Positions 39,662 to 48,984 of a stretch of 64,000 nt of DNA are shown piece by piece. This DNA comes from Sumerlaeia bacterium (GTDB lineage: Bacteria; Sumerlaeota; Sumerlaeia; SLMS01; JAHLLQ01), in contig JAVJSW010000042.1 in assembly GCA_040219255.1 (NCBI GenBank), positions 128,001 through 192,000 on the forward strand, given 5' to 3'. The notes under the pieces are model-generated. The model ran no database searches, was not told where the DNA came from, and worked only from the letters and a program-made list of their open reading frames with translations. Every line of letters begins with the position of its first letter. The first letter of the stretch is position 1. A program made the position numbers and the translations under genes.

Positions 39662-41764
39662 ATGCAGAAGTTCACAACAGTTGCCCTGATGGCGCTGGCA
39701 GCCGCATTCCTCGGAGGTTTCGTCCGGGCGCAGAAAGCGCCAGCGCTCGACGCCGAGGAAAAAGAAGCGGCGGTCAAAGTGTCCAAAGCGTTGTCCGACA
39801 GCGACCGCCTCGCCATCGAGGAGGCGGTGTCGCAAGTCTCGCCGTCGCTCGTGCGCATCATGGTCGTCGAGCCGTCGTACTACGGCGGGCGCCAGAACAA
39901 GCTCGTCAAGAGCGGCAGTGGCGCCATCATCTCGCCTGAGGGCTATATCGTCACGAACCATCACGTTGCCGGCAAAGCCATCAACCTGATGGTGACCTTG
40001 CCGAACCGCGAGGAAGTGCCGGCGCGGCTCGTCGGCACGGACGCGGCGACAGACATCGCGGTGATTCAACTGACTCCTGACGACCCGATCGAGTATCCCG
40101 CCGCGTCCTTTGGCGACTCGGACTCGGTGCGCGTGGGCGACCGCGTGGTGGCGATGGGCTCGCCGGCGGGGCTGTCCCAGTCCGTCACCACCGGCATCAT
40201 CAGCAACACCGAGATGGTGATTCCCGGCGCCATGAGCAGTTCGTTCAACCTGGACGGTGAGAACGTGGGCGAGCTGGTTCGCTGGTTCGGCCACGACGCA
40301 TTCATTTACCCGGGGAATTCGGGCGGGCCGCTTGTGAACATGGACGGCGAAATCATCGGCATCAACGAAATCAGTTACGCCCTCGGTGGCGCCATCCCGG
40401 GCAATCTGGCCAAGAAAGTCGTCGATCAGATCATCGAGAACGGCCATGTGGATCGCGCCTACATCGGCACGAGTTTCCAGCCGCTCCTGCGCAGCCACAA
40501 AGACACGAAGGGCGTGCTTCTGGCCAGCGTCCTCGCGGACTCACCGGCTGAATTGGCTGGCCTGCGCCCCGGCGATATCCTCACCAGTCTGAACGACCAG
40601 CCGGTCCACGCCCAGTTCATGGAAGACCTGCCGACGATCAACAACCTCGTCGCGGACCTGCCCATCGAACAGGATGTCCCGGCGACGTTCCTGCGCGACG
40701 GCGAGACCAGCGACACCGTGATTACCACCGAGCGCCGCCCGACCGCCTTCACGCCGAGCCAGGTGCTGAAGCAATGGGGCATGACGGCGCGGAACCTGTC
40801 GCTGTTCACGAAGCTGCAAATCGGCCGCGACACCTCGCGCGGCGCGTTGATCACGAGCCTGAGCGACGGCGGTCCCGCCACGGAAGCCAAACCGGCGCTG
40901 CGCGTGGGCGACATTGTCCTCAAAGTCGGCGACCGGGAAATCCATGCGGTCGAGGATTTAGTTGCCTGGACCGAAGAGAACATCTCTGGCGAAGGCGAGC
41001 GTTTGCCCACCATCGTGACCCACGAGCGCGAGGGTGAGACCCTGGTCACCGTCGTCAAAGTCGGCATTGATCCGCTCGACGATCCAGGCCGTACGGTGAA
41101 GAAAGCGTGGCTGCCGATGGAAACCCAGGTCCTGACCCGCGACCTGGCGGAGGAAATGGGCATGGACGGCAACAAAGGCGTCCGGATCACCCGAATCTAT
41201 AGCGACGCCGAGGACCTGCCTTTCCAGGTCGGTGACCTGATCACCCATGTGGACGGTCAACGTATCAACGCCACGAACGCCTTCGATACGGAGATCTTCA
41301 ACACGCTGATCCGCCAGTACCGCATCGGCATGGAGCCCGAATTCACGGTGATTCGCGATGGCGAGGAAATGACTTTGACCGCCGAACTGCGCCCTTCGCC
41401 GGACCGCGCCCGCGAGAAGAAGCGCTATCGCGACCTGGACCTCGAGTTCATCGTCCGCGAAGCCACCTACTTTGACCTCCAGAAGCCCGAATGGCAAGGC
41501 GCCGACATCGACGTCATCGTCGAGAGTGTGACCTCGGGTGGCGACGCTTCGCTGTCCGGTTTGCGATCCGACGACGCGATTCTGCGCATCGGCGACATGG
41601 AAATCAATCGCGTGGAGGACGTTCAGGCTGCTATCGATCAAGCGAAAGCCGCCAACGCCGAAACGGTGGTGATCTTCATCCGCCGAGGCACACAGAGCGC
41701 CTTCGCCGAGGTCCTGCCCAGTTGGGCGAATGAGGAACTCGACTCCGAAGCCGCGGCCGAATAA
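39662..41764 (+). CDS. HtrA/DegP-like serine protease with multiple PDZ domains
   Basis: Signal peptide; catalytic triad TNHHV, TDIAV, GNSGGP; about four PDZ-like repeats (LRPGDIL, LRVGDIV, FQVGDLI, LRSDDAI). Confidence 0.9.
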   Translation: MQKFTTVALMALAAAFLGGFVRAQKAPALDAEEKEAAVKVSKALSDSDRLAIEEAVSQVSPSLVRIMVVEPSYYGGRQNKLVKSGSGAIISPEGYIVTNHHVAGKAINLMVTLPNREEVPARLVGTDAATDIAVIQLTPDDPIEYPAASFGDSDSVRVGDRVVAMGSPAGLSQSVTTGIISNTEMVIPGAMSSSFNLDGENVGELVRWFGHDAFIYPGNSGGPLVNMDGEIIGINEISYALGGAIPGNLAKKVVDQIIENGHVDRAYIGTSFQPLLRSHKDTKGVLLASVLADSPAELAGLRPGDILTSLNDQPVHAQFMEDLPTINNLVADLPIEQDVPATFLRDGETSDTVITTERRPTAFTPSQVLKQWGMTARNLSLFTKLQIGRDTSRGALITSLSDGGPATEAKPALRVGDIVLKVGDREIHAVEDLVAWTEENISGEGERLPTIVTHEREGETLVTVVKVGIDPLDDPGRTVKKAWLPMETQVLTRDLAEEMGMDGNKGVRITRIYSDAEDLPFQVGDLITHVDGQRINATNAFDTEIFNTLIRQYRIGMEPEFTVIRDGEEMTLTAELRPSPDRAREKKRYRDLDLEFIVREATYFDLQKPEWQGADIDVIVESVTSGGDASLSGLRSDDAILRIGDMEINRVEDVQAAIDQAKAANAETVVIFIRRGTQSAFAEVLPSWANEELDSEAAAE

Positions 41765-41822
41765 CCGCCATATTGCCCTCCACTATTCCGAATACACCGA
41801 TCCACCCGATAAGGAAAAATCC

Positions 41823-42710
41823 ATGAATCCCCTTCGTCCCGTAATCCTCGCCGCCGCCCTCGCGACCTTTGCCGGCGCGGCGATTCCCGCCCGCGCGGCG
41901 GACATCCACGAAACCGCACGCGAAGTTCTCGAATCCCACGGCGGCGCCGTCGTCACCGTCGATGTCGTTCGGGAAATCAACCAGAGTGAAGACCGCGCCG
42001 AAAACCAGGGTCTCGTCGTGGACGAGTCCGGCAAGGTCGTGATGGCGCTGTCTCAGATCGATCCGTCGGCGCTCTACGAATTGCTCAGCGGCAGCCGCGA
42101 AGCCGACTTCACCACGACCGTCAAGGACATCAAGTACATCCTGCCGGATGGCACGGAGATCCCGGCGACGATCCTCGTGCGCGACCGCGACCTGGACATC
42201 GCGGTGCTGGCGCCGAAGGAACCGCTCGAAGAAGCGCTCCCCTACGTCGATTTAAATGACTCCGCCGAAGCCAAGGTGATGGACCCGATTTTCGCCATTT
42301 CGCGCACCGGCCGCATCACGCGGCGCATCGCCCTGGGCATGACCGGCGAGGTGCAGGGCATCGTGGACCGGCCGCGCCAGTTCTACATCCCGAGCGCGTC
42401 CATCGTCGGTGACGAAGGCAACATCGGTTCGCCGGTGTTTGGCGCGGACGGCAAGATTCTGGGGCTGATTCTGCTCCATGTGCAGCCCGGCGCCTTCAAC
42501 GACCCCACCGCCACCAAACCCGTCATTCCAGTCGTGCGGCCGGTTGCGGACTTGCTGGAGGTCGTGGCCCAGGCGGAAAACGCCACGCCGGAAGACATCG
42601 GCGGGGAGACCGAAGAGGCGAGCGACGAGGAGATGGAAGAGACCGGCGACGCCGAGGACATAGACGTCAACGGCGACATGGACCTGGAAGTGGAACTCGA
42701 GACCGAGTAA
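41823..42710 (+). CDS. Secreted trypsin-like fold protein, probably catalytically inactive
   Basis: GLVVDESG, RDRDLDIAVL, and GNIGSPVF in place of GNSGGP; no catalytic His motif; acidic tail. Confidence 0.7.
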   Translation: MNPLRPVILAAALATFAGAAIPARAADIHETAREVLESHGGAVVTVDVVREINQSEDRAENQGLVVDESGKVVMALSQIDPSALYELLSGSREADFTTTVKDIKYILPDGTEIPATILVRDRDLDIAVLAPKEPLEEALPYVDLNDSAEAKVMDPIFAISRTGRITRRIALGMTGEVQGIVDRPRQFYIPSASIVGDEGNIGSPVFGADGKILGLILLHVQPGAFNDPTATKPVIPVVRPVADLLEVVAQAENATPEDIGGETEEASDEEMEETGDAEDIDVNGDMDLEVELETE

Positions 42711-42713
42711 GGC

Positions 42714-43079
42714 TTACTCCATCTCGCGAACCGGCTGCCCCGCGGCCGGATAGATCGGTTCGTCACCGTAATAAATCACTGGCCCATCGCCCCCTCGCCG
42801 AGCGCGCGGGGGTTCGTTGTTTTCACGGTAACGTACTTCCTCGCCGGGCGAGTTGTAGGGTTCTTCTTCTGGATAGGCGGGCTCTGATTCGACGGGGGCG
42901 TCGTAAACGTAGGGTTCGCGCTGATCGGTGGTTTCGCGGCGCTCGTCCTGCTCGACCTCTCGGATGGTGACTTCGGTTTGGCGGGGTTCGGGTTGGTTTT
43001 TCTGCTTCGCGGCACATCCGCTCCCCAGGGCCAAAGCCCCCAGAATCAAGGTGCCAGCAGCGTAACGGATGGCTTTCAT
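42714..43079 (-). CDS. Hypothetical lipoprotein
   Basis: MKAIRYAAGTLILGALALGSGC lipobox; ATGA overlap with the upstream gene. Confidence 0.7.
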   Translation of the reverse strand: MKAIRYAAGTLILGALALGSGCAAKQKNQPEPRQTEVTIREVEQDERRETTDQREPYVYDAPVESEPAYPEEEPYNSPGEEVRYRENNEPPRARRGGDGPVIYYGDEPIYPAAGQPVREME

Positions 43080-43501
43080 TGGCGCACCTCCACGGTGAAT
43101 GTCTGAGCGGTGGGTTCGCGCGAGACTTCGGCGTAACCGAGCGATTGTTGCGGCGCGAAGAAGAGCGGTTGCCAAGGCGTTTCGTCGCCCGTCGAAATGC
43201 CCAGCTCGTCCTTGAAGACGGTCCGCGCCTGCACGGCGAGGGGCTTCTTGGTGGAATTGCGGAGGCTGACGCGGGCGCGAAGGCGGCCGTCCGGCAGGCG
43301 CTCGGCGTCCACGATGTCGGCGGCGACTTTCTTGCGCAAATCGCGGTTCAGGATGTTCACCGGCGCCGAGGCGGCGGCGATGGCTTCGTCGTCGATGCGG
43401 GCCAGGTCGGGCGCTTTGGATCGGCGCGAGCACCCGGTGCTCGCCAGCGCGAGAACCATGAGCCCGGCGGCCAGACAAGTTGAGATCGATCGTGCGTTCA
43501 T
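43076..43501 (-). CDS. YcfL/DUF1425 family lipoprotein
   Basis: Lipobox ASTGC; LRARVSLRN..VQARTVFKDELG..TPWQPL; lpoB context. Confidence 0.7.
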   Translation of the reverse strand: MNARSISTCLAAGLMVLALASTGCSRRSKAPDLARIDDEAIAAASAPVNILNRDLRKKVAADIVDAERLPDGRLRARVSLRNSTKKPLAVQARTVFKDELGISTGDETPWQPLFFAPQQSLGYAEVSREPTAQTFTVEVRQ

Positions 43502-43503
43502 AA

Positions 43504-44919
43504 TCAGTACTCCGTTTCGTTTGGCGAGGGCGGATAGGTCAGCAAGTCGCCCGCGCGGATGGATCGTTCGGTGATGGGTATGGGAGTCGGGGTGGGAGCC
43601 GGGGTGGCGATGGCGCGCGCTTCGGGAGCTGCCATGAGAGCCACCCGGGGCGCTGGCGGAAAGGCCAGCAGCACCCTCAGCTCCCGGCCCGGCACCGGAA
43701 TTCGGAGAGTTTCGGCCGCGCGGCCTTCGCCGTAATCGACGGCCACGGTTTGCGCGCCGGGTTGCAGGCGGCCGAAGAACAGCCCCAGACCGTCGGGAAG
43801 CGTGCTCCAGGCGCGGGTGTCGGCTTCCGGGCGGACGCCTTCCGAGATAGCCTGGCTGAGGAATCCGGCAGCCAGGATGGCGGCTCCCGCCACGGCCTGA
43901 TCGTCGTTGTTGTGCGACAAGCCTTCATCCAGAAGACCCGCGCCGGCTACCATGCTGACAGCGGCGAATTCTTCCGTCGAGCCTTTGAAGACCGCTTTGC
44001 GGCCCAGGAGCGCGTCGAGTTCCCGGCCGCCCCGGGTGATCGCCTGATAGAGCACCGAATCGGTGACGAGAGGCCGGCCGACCGCTTTGCCGCCCACCTT
44101 GACGACGGGCTGGTTCCAGGCGCCATAGCCGGGTTTGTAAGTCAGGTATTCGCCGTAGCGGCCCGCCGCCATCTTGCGCGGCGCCTTGCCTAACTGCACC
44201 AGCACCAGCAGGTTGTCTTCTGGAGCCAACGGCTTCAACACCGTACCTTTGGGCGGAACGCGTTGCGCGCTGAATTCCGTGCTGTGGAAGAGGGCGAGGT
44301 TGCGATAGCGCTCCGGGAAGGTGGAGAAGGCCCTTTGCGCGCGGGCGAAGGCGTCGGCAGCGGCATCCGGGTTGCCGAGTTGCACCTCGCAGACGCCGAT
44401 CAACCAGTCGAAAATCGCCCAGTCACCGCGCTGCTGGTATTCCTCGGCGAAGGCGTCTTGCAGGATGGCGCTGCGAAAGCAGGCGCGGGCGTTATCCCAC
44501 TCGCCGTCCTGCATATAGAGCACGCCGCGATAGTAAAAAACCATGGCGCGTTCGTGCGGGTCGCCTTTGAAGACCTTGGATTTTTCAGCGAAGAAGAGGG
44601 AACGCGCCCGCCTGGCTTGGGGCGTATCAGCCCAGATGGCTTCGATCAGGACGATGGCTTCGTCGAGGGCTGTCTTGGCCAATTCCCGATCGCCCGCGCG
44701 CATCGCCGCCACGGCCAACTCGTTCAGATTCAGCACCCAATTGCGCTCGCCTTCCACTTCCAGCTTCTGGCGCCATTGATGGACGCCCGCATCCTGGGCG
44801 GGATAGCTCATCCCGCGAAAGGCGGGCGGCGGGCCTTGTTGCAGCGGCACGGCGCAGCCAGCGGCCAGCACGAGGCACAAAGCCATCCCTCCCATCAGTT
44901 TTCCAAGACGCGCGATCAT
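43504..44919 (-). CDS. TPR-containing lipoprotein (COG3014-like)
   Basis: Lipobox LAAGC; FKGDPHERAMVFYYRG; ADTRAWSTLPD motif; located next to lpoB. Confidence 0.65.
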   Translation of the reverse strand: MIARLGKLMGGMALCLVLAAGCAVPLQQGPPPAFRGMSYPAQDAGVHQWRQKLEVEGERNWVLNLNELAVAAMRAGDRELAKTALDEAIVLIEAIWADTPQARRARSLFFAEKSKVFKGDPHERAMVFYYRGVLYMQDGEWDNARACFRSAILQDAFAEEYQQRGDWAIFDWLIGVCEVQLGNPDAAADAFARAQRAFSTFPERYRNLALFHSTEFSAQRVPPKGTVLKPLAPEDNLLVLVQLGKAPRKMAAGRYGEYLTYKPGYGAWNQPVVKVGGKAVGRPLVTDSVLYQAITRGGRELDALLGRKAVFKGSTEEFAAVSMVAGAGLLDEGLSHNNDDQAVAGAAILAAGFLSQAISEGVRPEADTRAWSTLPDGLGLFFGRLQPGAQTVAVDYGEGRAAETLRIPVPGRELRVLLAFPPAPRVALMAAPEARAIATPAPTPTPIPITERSIRAGDLLTYPPSPNETEY

Positions 44920-44940
44920 GGGCGTTCAACTCCAGCCGAA

Positions 44941-45552
44941 TCAACGATACAGGACGTCGTCGCGGCCCTCTCGCTTCGTTTCGTAGAGATCTTGCCACAG
45001 CTCGATGCCCGTTTCCGTGTCGATCAGGCTGAAGGTATAGAGCAGGTAATCGGCCTGGCCCTGGCGGCTGGCGGTAGCGAGCCCGGTGACTTCCCCGCGC
45101 AGGAAGAAGTCCGCGCCGGCGGGCCTGGGGGCACGGCGGTCGGGGTCGTAATCGATTTCCCCGGCGCGCTTGGCGTCGCGCTCGTTCAGCACGTCCTCCA
45201 TCACGTCGCGGGCAACGAAACGGATTTGGCCGTTGGACGTCGTGTTCAGCTCGGCGCGCAGGCGTCGGCTGAAGATTTCCTTGTTGAAGGGAAAGCGCGT
45301 GTCGTTGTTCAGCGGTAGCACCACCACCGTGGGTGGATGGGGCGAGTCCATAACATAGGACGACGCCAATAGATCGCGGCCCATTTGCTGGGCGATGCGG
45401 ATGGCGTCCTGGCTTTCCGGACCGAGCGAGCGCACTTCGCCCGGCTGGCCCGGATCCACGTCGCGGATTTCGAAACCGGATTTCGCGCACGAGGCGGAGA
45501 AGACGGCGAGACAGCTTAAGGTCAGAAGCATCAGGCTTCGGCGAAGATTCAT
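44941..45552 (-). CDS. lpoB: Penicillin-binding protein activator LpoB-like lipoprotein
   Basis: Lipobox SASC; NNDT, GADFFLRGEV and YTFSLIDTETGIELW. Confidence 0.75.
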   Translation of the reverse strand: MNLRRSLMLLTLSCLAVFSASCAKSGFEIRDVDPGQPGEVRSLGPESQDAIRIAQQMGRDLLASSYVMDSPHPPTVVVLPLNNDTRFPFNKEIFSRRLRAELNTTSNGQIRFVARDVMEDVLNERDAKRAGEIDYDPDRRAPRPAGADFFLRGEVTGLATASRQGQADYLLYTFSLIDTETGIELWQDLYETKREGRDDVLYR

Positions 45553-45682
45553 CGGTTGGGTTACTCCTGATGGGTCGGTTGCGGCGCGCCCCGGGTATTC
45601 GAGGGGACCAGCAGGTTGGGCGACTCTTGGCGGTGGGACAAGCCTGAGGAACGGAGAGTTCCCCCGCGTAATGCAATTTTCC

Positions 45683-46570
45683 TTACTCGATGATCCGCAC
45701 GCCGTGATCGGCGGGCTCGCAGGGACGCACGAGCCGCGCCGGCAGGCGCCATTCTTTGGCCGCCAACCGGGCCTGGCGCGCCGTCAGGAAGAGCCCGAAG
45801 CAGGCCGATCCGCTGCCGCTGAGCGCCACCGAATGAGCGCCGACGCGCTCGAGTTCGGCGAGGGTGTCGCGGACCTCGGTGTGGGCTTCGGCGCAGGAGC
45901 GCTGAAAGGCGTTGTGGAGCTTCGGCGGCTTGTCCGTCTTGAAGCTGCTGAGCCAATCAAGCAGCGCCGCCGGGTTCGTGCGCTCGCCGAAATCCTGGGC
46001 GGGATCGAGTCGGGCGTAGGCTTCGCGGGTGCCGACGCTGATGTCCGGGACCACGATCAGGATGCCGAACTCGCGTTGGCGCAGGAGGGGTTCGAGGCGC
46101 TCTCCCCTGCCGCCCGCGAGCTGGGTGCCTCCTCGCAGGAAGAAGGGGCAGTCGCTGCCGACCTGGGCCGCCAGGGAGGCGAGGGCTCCCGCGCCAGCCT
46201 TAAGGCCCCAGATTCGGCTCGCGCCGAGCAAAGCCGCGACAGCGTCGGAGCTGCCCCCGCCGAGGCCCGCGCCAGACGGCACGTTTTTCACGAGGCGCAG
46301 GCGCAGGCTGTGCGCCGAGGCGGCCACGCCCTCGCGCAGTTTCGCCACGGCTTTCAGGACGAGATTCGAGCCATCTGTCGGGATGCCTTCGGCGAAAGGA
46401 CCGCTGACTTCCAGGAGATCGCGCCCTGATTCGGGCGTTGCCTCGATGGCGAGTTCGTCCGCGAGGCTCACCGCCTGGAAGACGGACACCAGATCGTGGA
46501 ACCCGTCCTCGCGTTTGCCGAGAATATCGAGCGTCAGGTTGATTTTGGCGGGGGCCTGGAGGCGGATCAT
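45683..46570 (-). CDS. ispE: 4-diphosphocytidyl-2C-methyl-D-erythritol kinase
   Basis: APAKINLTLDILGKREDGFHDL, KNVPSGAGLGGGSSDA, GSDCPFF and LSGSGS. Confidence 0.95.
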   Translation of the reverse strand: MIRLQAPAKINLTLDILGKREDGFHDLVSVFQAVSLADELAIEATPESGRDLLEVSGPFAEGIPTDGSNLVLKAVAKLREGVAASAHSLRLRLVKNVPSGAGLGGGSSDAVAALLGASRIWGLKAGAGALASLAAQVGSDCPFFLRGGTQLAGGRGERLEPLLRQREFGILIVVPDISVGTREAYARLDPAQDFGERTNPAALLDWLSSFKTDKPPKLHNAFQRSCAEAHTEVRDTLAELERVGAHSVALSGSGSACFGLFLTARQARLAAKEWRLPARLVRPCEPADHGVRIIE

Positions 46571-47361
46571 TCGCGGCCGGGCGCCTCGCGCTGGCGCTTC
46601 TCCCAAACCCGCGCGTACTTCAGCAAAACAGAGAACGCCGCCATGGCGCAGATGATGAAGCCCGCCTTGCCATCGCGCCAGCCGCCGTACATGACGAACT
46701 GGCGGAAGAAACGCCAGATTGGACGCCCAGCGATGTGGCCCCATTTGACCACGGGCGTTTTCTGGGCGCGGTCTTCGGCGGCCCATTCGCCGTACTTGAA
46801 GAACTTCGAGAGGTATTGGTCGAAGCTCTCGAAGGTGTAGTGCAGGAACTTGCCGCTGAGGTGTTCGACGCAGGCGTCGGCTTTGCCCGGGAAGACGATG
46901 TCGGCGTGGACGTGTTTGTCTTCGTACTTGGCGATGTCGCGGCGAAAGAGCCGCAGGACGTCGTCGCGCTGCCAACCGCAGCCGCGGATCGGCTGGCCCA
47001 TGAAATGATTCAAGCGATAAATGCGATAGCCATCGGCGGGACCGTCGGCGGCGAGAACGGCTTCGATTTCGGTGCGCAACCTGGGCGTGACGCGCTCGTC
47101 GCTGTCCACCACGAGGACCCACGGGTGCGTCATCTGGGGAATGGCCCAGTTCTTCTGGGCGGCGCTATTCACGTATTCGTGGACCAGGACGCGATCGGCG
47201 AGTCCCTCTGCGATCTCGCGGGTGCGATCGGTCGAGGCTGCGTCATTCACCACCACGACTTCATCGGCAAAGCGGGCGGACGCGATGCAGTCGGCGATGT
47301 GGCGTTCTTCGTTTCCGGCGGGGATCAGAACGGACAGTTTGGCCCGGGCGGGTTGGCTCAC
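46567..47361 (-). CDS. GT2 glycosyltransferase (WaaE/LgtF-like beta-glucosyltransferase)
   Basis: LSVLI..NEE, STDRT, QKNWAI..WVLVVDSDE, RLFRR..VH and GWRDGKAG. Confidence 0.88.
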   Translation of the reverse strand: MSQPARAKLSVLIPAGNEERHIADCIASARFADEVVVVNDAASTDRTREIAEGLADRVLVHEYVNSAAQKNWAIPQMTHPWVLVVDSDERVTPRLRTEIEAVLAADGPADGYRIYRLNHFMGQPIRGCGWQRDDVLRLFRRDIAKYEDKHVHADIVFPGKADACVEHLSGKFLHYTFESFDQYLSKFFKYGEWAAEDRAQKTPVVKWGHIAGRPIWRFFRQFVMYGGWRDGKAGFIICAMAAFSVLLKYARVWEKRQREAPGRE

Positions 47362-47585
47362 GGCTGAGGGCGCTCCACTTCGGCGCTGCGGTCAGGCCCC
47401 TCGACGCGCGGCCGGTCCGCATCTCGATACATCATGAAGATCAGTGTCAGGCTGACCCCGAGCGAGACCCCCATGAGGAATACGGCGAGGATGCGCAGGT
47501 CGGAATTGGCGGAGGACGAAAAAGACTTCACGGCAGGGTCAGGAAGCCTCCTGCGCGGGGGCTGAAGAGCTTGTTTGGGGGGCAA
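47358..47585 (-). CDS. Small single-TM hypothetical protein
   Basis: Hydrophobic helix ILAVFLMGVSLGVSLTLIFMM; GTGA overlap with the GT2 gene; start uncertain. Confidence 0.5.
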   Translation of the reverse strand: MPPKQALQPPRRRLPDPAVKSFSSSANSDLRILAVFLMGVSLGVSLTLIFMMYRDADRPRVEGPDRSAEVERPQP

Positions 47586-48402
47586 GGCGATCCGGGGCGG
47601 CGGCGGGTTCGCTGCCTGCTTCGAGGCGGGCCCGGGAGCGCTCCTGGATGATCTGCGCGATCACCGACACGGCGATTTCCTCGGGTGTGATGGAGCCAAT
47701 GTCGAGACCGGCGGGGCTGACGACGCGGGCGAGGGATTCGTCGCTGTGGCCCGCTTCGCGGAGCCGCTCGCGGACGTGGGCCCATTTAGCCCGGCTGCCG
47801 ATCATGGCGATGTAGCGGGCGCCGGAGCGCAGAATCTGATCGAGGCAAACCTGATCGCCGCTGTGGCCCCGGGTGACGATGACGGCGAAGGTCTGCGAGG
47901 TGAGCTTGACGTGCTGGGCCAGTTCCTCGAACGGCGCGGAAATCGTTTCATCCGCCTGGGGAAAGCGCAGCTCGTTGGCGAACTGGGGCCGGTCGTCCAC
48001 GACGACGATGCGGAAGTCGAGGCCTTCGGCGACGTGGGCGAGGGCTTTGCTGATGTGGCCGCCGCCGCAAATCAAGAGCTGGAAGTCGGGCATCACGGGC
48101 TCCACGAACAGGGTGATCTCGCCACCGCACAGCATGTCCAACTCCTCGGCGTTCTTGGCTTTGATGTCCACCCGAAGAACCTGGGGCACGAGGGTTTTGA
48201 GGACCTTGCGGGCGGCGAAGAGGCAGTCGGCTTCCACGCAGCCGCCGCCGATGGTGCCGTACATTTCCATGTCGCTGCTGACCAGCATCTTTGTCCCCGG
48301 TTTGCGCGGCGTCGAGCCCACCGTTTCGACGATGGAAACGACGGCGACGCGCTTGCCCTGGGCGGTCCATTCGACAATTTTCTCGTAGAATCTCAGGTTC
48401 AT
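47539..48402 (-). CDS. xdhC: XdhC/CoxI family Moco-insertion accessory protein
   Basis: GSTPRKPG, GTIGGGCVE, CGG, VVDDR, IVTRGH..D, IGSRAK and PAGLDIGSITPEEIAVSV. Confidence 0.9.
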   Translation of the reverse strand: MNLRFYEKIVEWTAQGKRVAVVSIVETVGSTPRKPGTKMLVSSDMEMYGTIGGGCVEADCLFAARKVLKTLVPQVLRVDIKAKNAEELDMLCGGEITLFVEPVMPDFQLLICGGGHISKALAHVAEGLDFRIVVVDDRPQFANELRFPQADETISAPFEELAQHVKLTSQTFAVIVTRGHSGDQVCLDQILRSGARYIAMIGSRAKWAHVRERLREAGHSDESLARVVSPAGLDIGSITPEEIAVSVIAQIIQERSRARLEAGSEPAAAPDRLAPQTSSSAPAQEAS

Positions 48403-48475
48403 GCAATCCGTGCCCCACAGGGGCGAAGATTTCATCCCGCCCCGCACGCTAGCAACGCGGAAATGGGCCGATGTC

Positions 48476-48949
48476 CTAGAAAATCAGGAACGCCATCGCC
48501 ACGGCGATCAGTCCCAGCCCGACCACGGCGGCCACCGCGATGCCTCCGGCGGCGACGAGACCGAAGGGGAACTGCTTCGGTTCCTGGCTCAGTTCGGCGG
48601 AGAGTTCGGGGACGTAGCGCTTCGCCAGGACCCAGCGCGGTTCCTCCTCGGTCTTGGCGTAGATGGGGTTCTTGAGCTTCTTGTCCTGCACGTAGGCGGC
48701 GACTTCGTTCGTGGGCATGGGGCCGTGTTGGCGATCCTCGCCGTCCTTGATGGTCAGCATCGTGATGGGCGGAAACTTTTCGGCTGCCGCGATCCAGTCG
48801 CCTTGCTCTCCCTCCGTGCTGGCTTCACGGACCATGGCTTTCCGGTCCAGTTCCGCTTCCTCCAGAAGCCGGCGGACTTCGCCTTCGCTGTAGGGCCCCT
48901 TGAGATCGCCTCCGGTGTCGACGATGTAGCGCCGTTCTTGGGTGCTCAT
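48476..48949 (-). CDS. Tandem GYF_2 (DUF4339)-like domain protein with C-terminal TM anchor
   Basis: KGPYSEGEVRRLL..W..A and QHGPMPTNEV..W repeats, then a C-terminal hydrophobic helix. Confidence 0.6.
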   Translation of the reverse strand: MSTQERRYIVDTGGDLKGPYSEGEVRRLLEEAELDRKAMVREASTEGEQGDWIAAAEKFPPITMLTIKDGEDRQHGPMPTNEVAAYVQDKKLKNPIYAKTEEEPRWVLAKRYVPELSAELSQEPKQFPFGLVAAGGIAVAAVVGLGLIAVAMAFLIF

Positions 48950-48984
48950 GATTACGGGTTCTTTCCGTTCGGGGTTTGGGGCCC

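Noticed and set aside
45683-47122. 479-aa extended IspE (likewise extended pyrK 24906, galE 51856, ndh 19019, speA 37297, 42714-43478)
   Set aside because: The extensions overlap upstream genes or leaders and lack homology-like sequence; downstream starts fit operon junctions.
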